Shown one piece after another: positions 28,064 to 36,649 of a stretch of DNA of 64,000 nucleotides. The notes below the pieces were generated by a model. It was given only the letters and a program-made list of their open reading frames with translations, made no database searches and was not told where the DNA came from. The translations under genes were made by a program, and so were the position numbers. Every line of letters starts with the position of its first letter. The first letter of the stretch is position 1. Where the stretch lies: NCBI GenBank assembly GCA_038883795.1, contig JAVZLK010000003.1, forward strand, positions 1 to 64,000. Reading direction: 5' to 3'. Origin of the DNA: Candidatus Bathyarchaeia archaeon. GTDB taxonomy: Archaea > Thermoproteota > Bathyarchaeia > Bathyarchaeales > Bathycorpusculaceae.

Positions 28064-28771
28064 ATGGCTACAAAGCCCGAAAGACGCTTGGAATACCGAG
28101 AGGTTGTATATGACGCTAAGCGTTGGAGTTTACTCGAAAATTTTAGGCGCAAAGCCTTGCATATAATGGAGGCTTTAGCAGTTTTTCATTTAGAATCCAT
28201 TGTTCACGGGAGCATTGCAAGGGGCGACGTGAACGAAAAAAGCGACATAGACGTTTTCATACCCTATCCAGTTTCCTCTTTCAGTGTAGAGTCTGCTTTG
28301 GAAAAGGCTGGAATAAATGCTAATAGGCGTTTGGTTGTGCAGGCAACACCAGCATACACCATGAAAGCCTACATTGAAATAGACGAGAATACCAGCGTTT
28401 CTTTTCCTCTTATGAAAATGCGTAAAGTAGAAAGAGAGTTCTACCGTTTCGGCGGCGAAGCCACAATCAAAAATTTGAATGATGGCGTGCGAGTTTGTGG
28501 AGTGGATAAGCGGTTAATGCTGATTGAACCTACAAAAGAAGGACATAAGGAAAGCACGATAGTGGGTTGTGAAGAGCATGTTGCTAAACTTTTAGGGATA
28601 TCTGTTGAAACCGTTTTGGATCGTGTCCATGCCCTTTTAAGAAGGGATGAAGTTGGTAGAACCGGGGTCTTCATTGAAAAAGAGGTTTTAAATGGCGAAA
28701 CTTTTGAGATGGTTTTAAAGAGGCTTGCGGAGCAAAATCCAGCGGTTCGCAGAAGGTTAAAAATCGTATAA
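28064..28771 (+). CDS. Nucleotidyltransferase domain protein (archaeal COG2413-like)
   Basis: HGSIARGDV..SDIDVF, VQATP, GVDKRL, GRTGVF. Confidence 0.85.
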   Translation: MATKPERRLEYREVVYDAKRWSLLENFRRKALHIMEALAVFHLESIVHGSIARGDVNEKSDIDVFIPYPVSSFSVESALEKAGINANRRLVVQATPAYTMKAYIEIDENTSVSFPLMKMRKVEREFYRFGGEATIKNLNDGVRVCGVDKRLMLIEPTKEGHKESTIVGCEEHVAKLLGISVETVLDRVHALLRRDEVGRTGVFIEKEVLNGETFEMVLKRLAEQNPAVRRRLKIV

Positions 28772-28773
28772 GC

Positions 28774-29859
28774 TTAATGCTGGTGTAATGCAAAGCGTAG
28801 TAAGGCTGCTATTCCACCCAAAGCTGTAAGCTTTATGCCAGCCTCATGTTCCGTGCTTATAACGGTTATGTTTCCGCCTTTCCTTTCAACTTTCTTCATT
28901 AAATCTTCTATGATTAGCCTTTTTTCGTCTGAAGCTTCACGCAACATGACATCCGTTAAGACAAGTTTTTCGACAGCGCCTAACTCGGCGGCTTTCTTAA
29001 CTTCATCAAACCCATAAGCAACATTTGCTTCGCCTTTTCCAATTCTTTTCAGAATTTCCTCCACCAGTTCTGTTTCTTTGATGATTCGCTGTTGCTTCAT
29101 AGCCTTTAATAGCACGCCCGAACGTAAGGCTTCATATATTCCAGCCACACCACCGTTGTTGACGCTTTTGACATCCACAACCTTTTTGGCTATGTCTGGA
29201 GCTTCGTTTTCTACAAATTTTGCAAAATCGTTTTTTACAAAGCCAACTCCAATAATTGCTATTGGGCCTTGAGTTGCAGCCCAAATTTGGCGTAGACTGT
29301 TTAGTGCTTTTGTGAGGTATTCTTTTGTTGCGTTGGCTCTTTTCTCTGCTTCAAGCTTTCCCGGAAGCCTTATGCTTTCTTCTGCTTTTACTTCTACGCC
29401 GTATTGGGCTGTTGTGGCTATGGCATACCCATCATCATCTATGGCAATGATTATCACCGGTTTTTCTAGGGTTTCGCATGCCCACTCCAACCTCTCAAGA
29501 TGATGTTTAGCCCACTCTTTCTTCACAATGGTTACTGGTGTGTCTAAGGCAATGTTGAGCGTGTGGCTGGCGCCTGTTGGCACTATTTCTGGGGCTTCGC
29601 AAATTTTTCCGTGAACCCTAAGTCTGCCAAGAAGCTTATCCCATTTAACGCTTTCAACCCTAACTCCTAAAAAAACGGGTACCCTTTTGCCGCTTTTTGG
29701 TCTGGCGTATCCGCCTTCTTCTGGCTTTATTTCCCTTGATGTGCGAGCGTAAACCTCGTCTTTTTCGTAGATTATGTTGTATAAGTGCCATAAGTCATCA
29801 AACGTTTCTGGAATCACTTTCACAATGCCCTTTTTCAAGTTCATCTCCAAGATTTTCAA
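28774..29859 (-). CDS. pelA: mRNA surveillance protein Pelota
   Basis: DDLWHLYNII, RLRVHG, HTLNI, EHEAGIKLTALGGIAALLRF. Confidence 0.95.
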   Translation of the reverse strand: MKILEMNLKKGIVKVIPETFDDLWHLYNIIYEKDEVYARTSREIKPEEGGYARPKSGKRVPVFLGVRVESVKWDKLLGRLRVHGKICEAPEIVPTGASHTLNIALDTPVTIVKKEWAKHHLERLEWACETLEKPVIIIAIDDDGYAIATTAQYGVEVKAEESIRLPGKLEAEKRANATKEYLTKALNSLRQIWAATQGPIAIIGVGFVKNDFAKFVENEAPDIAKKVVDVKSVNNGGVAGIYEALRSGVLLKAMKQQRIIKETELVEEILKRIGKGEANVAYGFDEVKKAAELGAVEKLVLTDVMLREASDEKRLIIEDLMKKVERKGGNITVISTEHEAGIKLTALGGIAALLRFALHQH

Positions 29860-29965
29860 ATCCTTTTAGCCTCTTTCACGCTCATTTATACAATCGCATT
29901 GGTGACTATTAAAAAGTGTTAAAAGAAACTTTTCTTCAAATATTCATTTTGAAGGGCGAGATGCC

Positions 29966-32350
29966 ATGAAAACTCGGTTTTGGCTTTTAGACGTGAATTA
30001 TGAAGTGAAGAATGATGTGCCTGAAATTTGGCTTTGGGGCATAGACGAATCTGGAAAGCGCATTCTCGTTATTGACAGAAATTTTCTTGACTACTTTTAC
30101 ATTGTTATCGAAGAAAGTGTAGATGTGGATAAAGTTGTTAAGGAAGTTGAGAAGGCGCATTATCCTCTTGTGGAGAGGCTTGAGGTTGTTGAACGCAAGT
30201 TTTTTGGAAAACCCGTGAAAGCCGTAAAGGTTTATTGTAGAAATCCGGATGTGATGTCAAAATATGCTAAGGCTTTTCGAAAAATCGAAGGCGTTAAAGA
30301 GTGCCTCGAAGATGACATTCGATATTCCATGCGCTACCTAATAGACAATGATGTGGCTCCTTGTGGATGGCACGAGATAGAAGTGGCTGAAGAAAAAGGC
30401 GCATTAGCTGTTCAAGTTGACAAAGTTTACACAGCAAAATCCATTCCAAAACTTATTGAAAAAACAGAAGTTCCACCACTGCGCATTTTGGGCTTCTCAA
30501 CAATCTGCTACAGTCGTGAAGGTTCGCCAAAACCAGGCAGAAACCCGGTGATAATAATTTCTGTGGCAACAAATAATGGCGAAGAAAAACAATTTGTTGC
30601 AGATGAAAACAAAAATGACAAGCCAATTTTAGAAGCTTTCATGGATTATGTTCGAAAGTTTGACCCAGACATTATTGTTGGCTTTGGCATAAACGGGCAA
30701 GATTGGCCATACCTCAACGAAAGATGCAAGAAGGTTGGGTTGCGGTTGCATGTGGATAGGGCTAGAACTGAACCGCATACAAGCGTTTATGGGCACGTTT
30801 CGATAACTGGGAGGGCTAACATTGACTTGTTGGATTATGCTGATGAGTTTCCAGAAATTAAGGTTAAAACTTTGGAGAATATGGCTGATTATTTGGGGGT
30901 TATGAAAATTGAGGAGCGAACATTAATTGAGGATGTGGATTTTGCCGATTACTGGGACGACAAAACGAAAAGGGAAATACTGAAAAAGTTTTCCGTGGAA
31001 AACACAAGATGCATAATGGGTATAACCCAAGCCATATTAGATTTTGCCATGCAACTCTCAAACATTGTAGGCTTACCAATAGACCATGTTGGCACGGCAG
31101 CCGTCGGCTTCCGTGTGGAATGGTTCCTAATAAAGCATGCACAAAAAATCGGCGAGCTTGTACCAAAAAGAATCGAACAACCCTACAGACCTTATGTGGG
31201 TGCTATTGTGCTTAAGCCAGAGCCTGGGTTGCATGAAAACATTGCTGTTTTAGATTTTAAAGCCATGTATCCAAACCTGATGATAACCTACAATCTATCC
31301 CCAGACACATATTTATCGCCTAAGGAGCCTCCGCCAAAGAGCGGGTTTTACGAAGCTCCAGAAGTTAGGCATAGATTCCGAAAAGAACCCGTAGGCTTCT
31401 ACAAAGAAGTTTTATCCTACCTCATTAAAGTGCGGGATGAAATCCGCTCAAAAATGAAGAAGGTTGCTGCGGGAAGCGTTGAATATCGTGTTTTGGATGC
31501 TCGTCAAAAGGCTGTGAAGGTTATCACTAATGCTTCTTATGGTTATGCTGGTTGGATAGGCGCAAGATGGTACATAAAACCCGTGGCGGAGGCAGCCACA
31601 GCCTGGGGAAGACACACGATAATAAACGCCATTGAAATGGCTGAGAAGGCTGGGTTGAAGGTTGTTTATGGCGACACTGACAGCATCTTCGTAAAGCACG
31701 AGCCAGAAAAAATTGACAAATTGTCAAAGGAAATTGAAGAAAAGTTAGGCTTGGAGGTTAAGCCGGACAAGGTTTACGTGCGAATTTTCTTTACAGAAGC
31801 CAAAAAGCGTTATGCGGGGCTTTTGCCTGATGGACAGCTTGACATTGTTGGTTTAGAAGTTATTCGTGGAGATTGGGCGTTTATAGCCAAAAAGGTGCAG
31901 GAGCGAGTTTTAGAAATAGTTTTGAAGGAGCAGTCTCCCAGAAAAGCCGCAAAATACGTGCAGGAAACCATTTACGAGCTGAGGCAGAAGCGCATTCCAT
32001 ACAGAGATCTAATAGTATGGAAAACATTGACAAAAACTCCCGACGAATACGAGGTTAAGGCTTCCCATGTAGAGGCTGCCAAAATGTTGATGGAGAAGGG
32101 CTGGAAACTTTCCGTAGGCGACAAAATTGGCTATGTGGTTGTTGTTGGCTCCGGACGCTTGTATGAGCGTGTTAAGCCCTACATGTTTGCTTCTTATGAT
32201 GAGGTGGATATGGAATATTACGTGTCAAAGCAGATTGTCCCCGCAGCAGCCAGAGTACTCGAAAGCTTCGGCATAACAGAAGAAGAACTGCTAAGCTCAA
32301 AAATGGAAGAAAAAGAAAATAGAAAGCTAACAGACTTCTTCGGAGCTTAA
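29966..32350 (+). CDS. polB: Family B DNA polymerase (PolB3-like) with degenerate 3'-5' exonuclease motifs
   Basis: VLDFKAMYP, KVITNASYGY, YGDTDS, KKRY, C-terminal PIP-box-like RKLTDFF. Confidence 0.95.
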   Translation: MKTRFWLLDVNYEVKNDVPEIWLWGIDESGKRILVIDRNFLDYFYIVIEESVDVDKVVKEVEKAHYPLVERLEVVERKFFGKPVKAVKVYCRNPDVMSKYAKAFRKIEGVKECLEDDIRYSMRYLIDNDVAPCGWHEIEVAEEKGALAVQVDKVYTAKSIPKLIEKTEVPPLRILGFSTICYSREGSPKPGRNPVIIISVATNNGEEKQFVADENKNDKPILEAFMDYVRKFDPDIIVGFGINGQDWPYLNERCKKVGLRLHVDRARTEPHTSVYGHVSITGRANIDLLDYADEFPEIKVKTLENMADYLGVMKIEERTLIEDVDFADYWDDKTKREILKKFSVENTRCIMGITQAILDFAMQLSNIVGLPIDHVGTAAVGFRVEWFLIKHAQKIGELVPKRIEQPYRPYVGAIVLKPEPGLHENIAVLDFKAMYPNLMITYNLSPDTYLSPKEPPPKSGFYEAPEVRHRFRKEPVGFYKEVLSYLIKVRDEIRSKMKKVAAGSVEYRVLDARQKAVKVITNASYGYAGWIGARWYIKPVAEAATAWGRHTIINAIEMAEKAGLKVVYGDTDSIFVKHEPEKIDKLSKEIEEKLGLEVKPDKVYVRIFFTEAKKRYAGLLPDGQLDIVGLEVIRGDWAFIAKKVQERVLEIVLKEQSPRKAAKYVQETIYELRQKRIPYRDLIVWKTLTKTPDEYEVKASHVEAAKMLMEKGWKLSVGDKIGYVVVVGSGRLYERVKPYMFASYDEVDMEYYVSKQIVPAAARVLESFGITEEELLSSKMEEKENRKLTDFFGA

Positions 32351-32357
32351 CTTGCCT

Positions 32358-33524
32358 TTATTCCTTTGGTGTTTCGATGTCTGAAAATGTTAGTAGTTGA
32401 ACGTTTAACGGAGGCTTAACAGCGTCTGATATGCGTGAGGCAATGATGTTTTTTATGTTTTTCTCGCTTGCCACGTCAACAATTCTTTGGGTTATAATTC
32501 CATCGAATATGACCGTGTTTACGCCTTCTGTTTGCTGAAGTTTTTCGGCGAGTTGGCTTACTGGCAATCGCTCTATCTGCTCCAACTTCTCATTTAACAA
32601 GATAGCCTCTAATGTTCCCTCCAAGCCCTTCGCTAATTGGGCGATTTCCTTCGGAACCTCAATTTTGTGTTTCTCTCTTCTTGGTAGTTTTAGCGCTTCT
32701 TCTATTGGAACCTTTGCTTCTAAAGCCTCAAAAATTTCCTTACAGTTTAACTCTTCAACCTCTTTTCCCCTTGGGGCTCTGGCAACATACTTGACGTTTG
32801 TTACTTGCATTAGCTCTTTAAGGATTAGGTCTCCGCCTCTATCACCGTCAAGAAGAGCAGTTGCCTCCTTCTCTTTTGAGAGTCTCTTTATTGTTTCTGG
32901 AACCTTTGCTCCTTCAAGGGCTATTACGTTGAGCATTCCGCAGCGCATGAGGTTTATTACGTCTGCCCTTCCCTCAACAATAATTATCTCCTTAGAACTG
33001 TCAACTTCTGGTCCAGCGGACAACTCTTCCGGCCCATATTTTTCAACCTTCACAGCTTTCAGAGTTTCTGCAACTTCTTTGAAGACTTCGTCCACTGATG
33101 GCATGGTTTCGATGGTCCATTTGTGGAGAATCTCCTTTGCTCTGTCGATTATCACTTTTCTTCTGGCTTCTCTTACGTCTTCAATTTTTTCTAGGGTTAC
33201 TTTTGAGGCGCAGGGTCCAACGCGGTTTATGCTTTCTATGCTTGCTGCAATTAGGGCTGTGGAAACCCTATCTAGGCTTGTGGGTATGGTTATTGTGCCA
33301 GTAGTCCTATCATTTTTAGAATGAAGTTCAATTTCTATTCTTCCGATTCTGCCGGATTTTTGCAGTTCTCTTAAGTCGAGTTCTGGTCCGAATAAGCCTT
33401 CTGTTTGTCCGAAAACTGCTCCTATAACGTCTGGTTTTTCAACTACGCCTTCTATTTCGAATTTTGCGTGGATGACATACTTTATGGTAAACGTTTGTGA
33501 TGAACCCGTAAGCGTCACCTCCAA
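32358..33524 (-). CDS. dnaG: Archaeal DnaG-type primase (exosome-associated)
   Basis: VEKPDVIGAVFGQTEGL, ELQKSGRIGRI, VEGRADV, LDGDRGG, FDGIITQR. Confidence 0.95.
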   Translation of the reverse strand: MEVTLTGSSQTFTIKYVIHAKFEIEGVVEKPDVIGAVFGQTEGLFGPELDLRELQKSGRIGRIEIELHSKNDRTTGTITIPTSLDRVSTALIAASIESINRVGPCASKVTLEKIEDVREARRKVIIDRAKEILHKWTIETMPSVDEVFKEVAETLKAVKVEKYGPEELSAGPEVDSSKEIIIVEGRADVINLMRCGMLNVIALEGAKVPETIKRLSKEKEATALLDGDRGGDLILKELMQVTNVKYVARAPRGKEVEELNCKEIFEALEAKVPIEEALKLPRREKHKIEVPKEIAQLAKGLEGTLEAILLNEKLEQIERLPVSQLAEKLQQTEGVNTVIFDGIITQRIVDVASEKNIKNIIASRISDAVKPPLNVQLLTFSDIETPKE

Positions 33525-33614
33525 CTGATTTGTAAAGGGTTAGTTTAATCACGTGATGAGAGTGATTTTCGCTCTCAATTTCACATGATTGTTAACTTGG
33601 GCTCTTTATTACTT

Positions 33615-34031
33615 TTATGAATTATTAATCTTCTTCTTTAAGGTTTCTATGTATGTGGCTAAACCTTCAACATCCTTCAACTCTTTGCCCGCAAGCCCCA
33701 AAAGTTCACTCCAAAACCGTAGATTAACCTCTACTCCCATTTTTTCTATATGTTTTACTAGATTTTTTGTTAGTTCTTTTCCTCTCCTGTCAAAATCCAA
33801 CAATAAGATGACTTTTTGCGTTTTAGTTTTTTCTAATTCTGAAATGATGTCTAAAAGGCGTTTGCCGCCTGTTTTTGCTGATATTATCTTGCCTTCCACA
33901 TTAAGCGCTTTTAGGGCTTCTATGTCCTTTTTTCCTTCCACGATTATTGGTGTTCCTTTTTGGTTTTCTTGGGCTAATTGTTCCAGAATTTGCAGAATTT
34001 TCTCCTCTTTTTCTTTAAGATGGGCTAACAA
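33615..34031 (-). CDS. Small Toprim domain protein
   Basis: IIVEGKKD, LLDFDRRG, KDVEGL. Confidence 0.88.
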   Translation of the reverse strand: MLAHLKEKEEKILQILEQLAQENQKGTPIIVEGKKDIEALKALNVEGKIISAKTGGKRLLDIISELEKTKTQKVILLLDFDRRGKELTKNLVKHIEKMGVEVNLRFWSELLGLAGKELKDVEGLATYIETLKKKINNS

Positions 34032-34036
34032 AATTT

Positions 34037-35113
34037 TTACCTTGTCACTTCAGCCTTTTTCACGATTTCTAGGCATTCTTTTGCTTCTTTGTCTGTTTCA
34101 AAGTATTTTCTGATTGGTTCTAGGAGTTTTGCTATTTCCTTTGCCACCGCATTTTTAAGGTCTTGGGGGTGCACTTCGCCATTTCTGTAAGCCCTTTCTA
34201 ACGCTTCGTAGCTTTCGAATTGGGTTGTTCCTCCGAATTTTGCTGGTCTTTCTATTTGGAAGGCTTCTTTTTCGTGGAATATTATGTATTTCACTATTTC
34301 CAGAATCGGGTTTGCCTCAATTTGTTTTTCTGGGCACCATGCCTTCTGCAGTTTCGCTCTTATCTGTTCTTCTGTGTCGTGGATGAATATGGCTGTCCAA
34401 GGTTTTGACTTGCTCATTTTGCTTGCTATAACCTGTTCCAGTTTGTCCTTTGACTTTAGTTCCACTGGTTTTGCAATTCCCATTAGGAGGTGGTGGTGGA
34501 CCGCCACGGGTTTTTTCCATCCCATTTTTGGGAAAATTTCTCTCGCTAAGACGTGGGCTTTTCTTTGGTCCATTCCGCCGTGGGGTATGTCTGCGCCTAT
34601 TTCTTTTATGTCTACGGCTTGCATGGGCGGATAAAAGTATTGCGAGAGGTCAAGTTTTTCGTGTTCGCTTCTTCCCATTATCGTCATACATCTTAGGCTT
34701 CTTGCAATTGTCATGTGCTTAGAGAATTTGATGACGTTTCTCCAATACTCAAGATTTTTGCTATATAATTCTGAACCTAAAACAGTCTTTACTCCTGGAC
34801 AGAAAAATTTGAACGCTTTCTCATAATATTTTGCTGCTTTCAGAATCTTATCCCAGTCTCCGCCGAACTTGTCGTTGATGAAGCTGTGCCAATCCGCAAG
34901 ATAGGCTTGGCATTTTATTCCAGCTTTTATGAAATCGTTTATTTTGAAACCAGAAATGACAAGGTTTCCCAGATGGAGTAAGCCTGAAATTTCAAAGCCT
35001 ATGTAATGTCCGGGATGCTCGTTTGTTTCTAAAAGTTCCCTTAACTCTTCTTCTACGAGGATTTCTTCTGTGGGTGGCTTTTTGATTAGGTCAATTTTTG
35101 TTTCTATATCCAA
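34037..35113 (-). CDS. tyrS: Tyrosine--tRNA ligase
   Basis: YIGFEISGLLHLG, YPPMQAVD, GGMDQRKAH, KMSKS, HPQDLK. Confidence 0.96.
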   Translation of the reverse strand: MDIETKIDLIKKPPTEEILVEEELRELLETNEHPGHYIGFEISGLLHLGNLVISGFKINDFIKAGIKCQAYLADWHSFINDKFGGDWDKILKAAKYYEKAFKFFCPGVKTVLGSELYSKNLEYWRNVIKFSKHMTIARSLRCMTIMGRSEHEKLDLSQYFYPPMQAVDIKEIGADIPHGGMDQRKAHVLAREIFPKMGWKKPVAVHHHLLMGIAKPVELKSKDKLEQVIASKMSKSKPWTAIFIHDTEEQIRAKLQKAWCPEKQIEANPILEIVKYIIFHEKEAFQIERPAKFGGTTQFESYEALERAYRNGEVHPQDLKNAVAKEIAKLLEPIRKYFETDKEAKECLEIVKKAEVTR

Positions 35114-35159
35114 GTCTTACCAAGCCTTCTACATTTTATGCAAAGTGAAACTTAAAAGT

Positions 35160-35380
35160 TGTTTCGCGGGCGTTTGTTTCCCACCTAACCTATCACTTAA
35201 CTTCACCGTGGAGCCTTGCGCTCCTCTTGGTTAAGCTCTCTCCAGTGTGGGATTTTTGCGCCCGCGCCCACCGTGTCTCATGCTTGGGTAAACCCGCCTT
35301 CAATGGCTTTTCGCCTTTGTTGGGTCCGTCTGCATGAATTTTCCGGTGGGATTGCATTAGGCTCGTTAAGGGTCATCGCC
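35160..35380 (-). ncRNA. Unannotated structured RNA (K-loop plus two long hairpins; H/ACA-like candidate)
   Basis: GC-rich intergenic block with nested stems CCCACCG/CGGTGGG, TCATGC/GCATGA, CGCGGGCG/CGCCCGCG, TCCCAC/GTGGGA, GCTTAAC/GTTAAGT, GGAGC/GCTCC. Strand inferred from the K-loop and ACA motifs. Confidence 0.6.
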
Positions 35381-35454
35381 AAAAGTATACAAGTTGTAGG
35401 CGAAAGAAAAGTTTTTCCTTCATTTTCCATATTTAATTGTAGGCTGTTTCCAGC

Positions 35455-36555
35455 ATGAATGAAAACATCAAATTATTAAATTTTCTCCGTCTTTTGCCTA
35501 AGATTGAGTTGCACCGTCATCTCATTGGGTCTATTAAGGTGGAGACACTTTTTGATATCGCAATTAAAAAAGGCATTCCGCTGCCAACTAATGATTTTCA
35601 AAAATTGAAAAATTCAATAGAAATGAGCAAGCCCTGTTCAAATCTACGACAATTTTTGAACCCGTTAAAAATACTCGGACTTTGCTTTTTTGATAAAGAA
35701 ACTGTTGCACGAGTTGCTTGTGAGGTTGTAGAAGACGCTGCAAAAGATAACATAAGATACTTGGAACTTGCAACTGGTCCTGCTTTCGAAGCCTCCTTCC
35801 ATCGTTTATCACTTGAAGAGGTTCTTGAGGGCGTTATAGAAGGGGTGATGAGGGCTGAGGGAAAATATGATATTAAGGTGAATCTGATTGTTGGTCCAAC
35901 CTTTAAGTGGATGGAACGAAAAGCTCATTCACCAGAAGAAGTGTTAGAAGCAGCTTTGAAATATCGGAATAAAGTTGTTGGTTTTGGCTTAGTAGCTGAA
36001 ACTAAGGAAGGCTTACCTTTCTCAAAGTGGGGACAAAAATTACGAAAGAGATACATTGAATTGGCTGGTAAAGCCAAAGATGGCGGTTTAGCCATGGCGG
36101 TTCATGCTGGAGAGGTAGGCGATGCTCAGAGCGTCATGGACGCTGTTAAGCATTTGAAAGCGGACAGGATTGGTCATGGAATAAAGCTTGTTGAGAACTT
36201 GGCTATCTTAGAAAATATTGTTAAGATGAAAATGCCTCTTGAGATTTGTGTATCCAGTAACATCAAAAGTGGAGTTGTTAAAAGTCTTAGGCAACATCCA
36301 GTCAGACGGCTTTGGGAACATGGGGCGCTCATTACGGTTAACACAGACGACCCAACATTATGTAGGACCACATTAACCAAAGAATACAACATTATAATCA
36401 AGAATCTAGGGTTTTCTTACTTCGAACTTAAATTAATTTTTAATGCAATAAACTCTGCATTTTTAATGGAGGATGAAAAAGCCCAACTATGTGAAACGTT
36501 TAAAAGAAGTTTTGCAAAGCTCGAGGAATGCGTCAATTACCAAAGGATATTTTAG
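35455..36555 (+). CDS. add: Adenosine deaminase family protein
   Basis: LPKIELHRHL, HAGE, RIGHG, EICVSSN, NTDDP. Confidence 0.88.
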   Translation: MNENIKLLNFLRLLPKIELHRHLIGSIKVETLFDIAIKKGIPLPTNDFQKLKNSIEMSKPCSNLRQFLNPLKILGLCFFDKETVARVACEVVEDAAKDNIRYLELATGPAFEASFHRLSLEEVLEGVIEGVMRAEGKYDIKVNLIVGPTFKWMERKAHSPEEVLEAALKYRNKVVGFGLVAETKEGLPFSKWGQKLRKRYIELAGKAKDGGLAMAVHAGEVGDAQSVMDAVKHLKADRIGHGIKLVENLAILENIVKMKMPLEICVSSNIKSGVVKSLRQHPVRRLWEHGALITVNTDDPTLCRTTLTKEYNIIIKNLGFSYFELKLIFNAINSAFLMEDEKAQLCETFKRSFAKLEECVNYQRIF

Positions 36556-36649
36556 CTTCTAGCTATTTTTCTGTTCAATGTCTAAAAATCGAGAATTGGA
36601 TTTTCCATGAATTTTTGGTTTATTTTCACGCCAATAGGGACCCTATCCT

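Noticed and set aside
35160-35380. SRP RNA or a bacterial T-box upstream of tyrS
   Set aside because: No SRP helix-8 motif or Alu domain, and too short; no T-box TGGNACC sequence or terminator. Kept only as an unknown structured RNA.
35216-35458. 80-aa ORF
   Set aside because: Shadow ORF over the structured RNA; no protein-like motifs.
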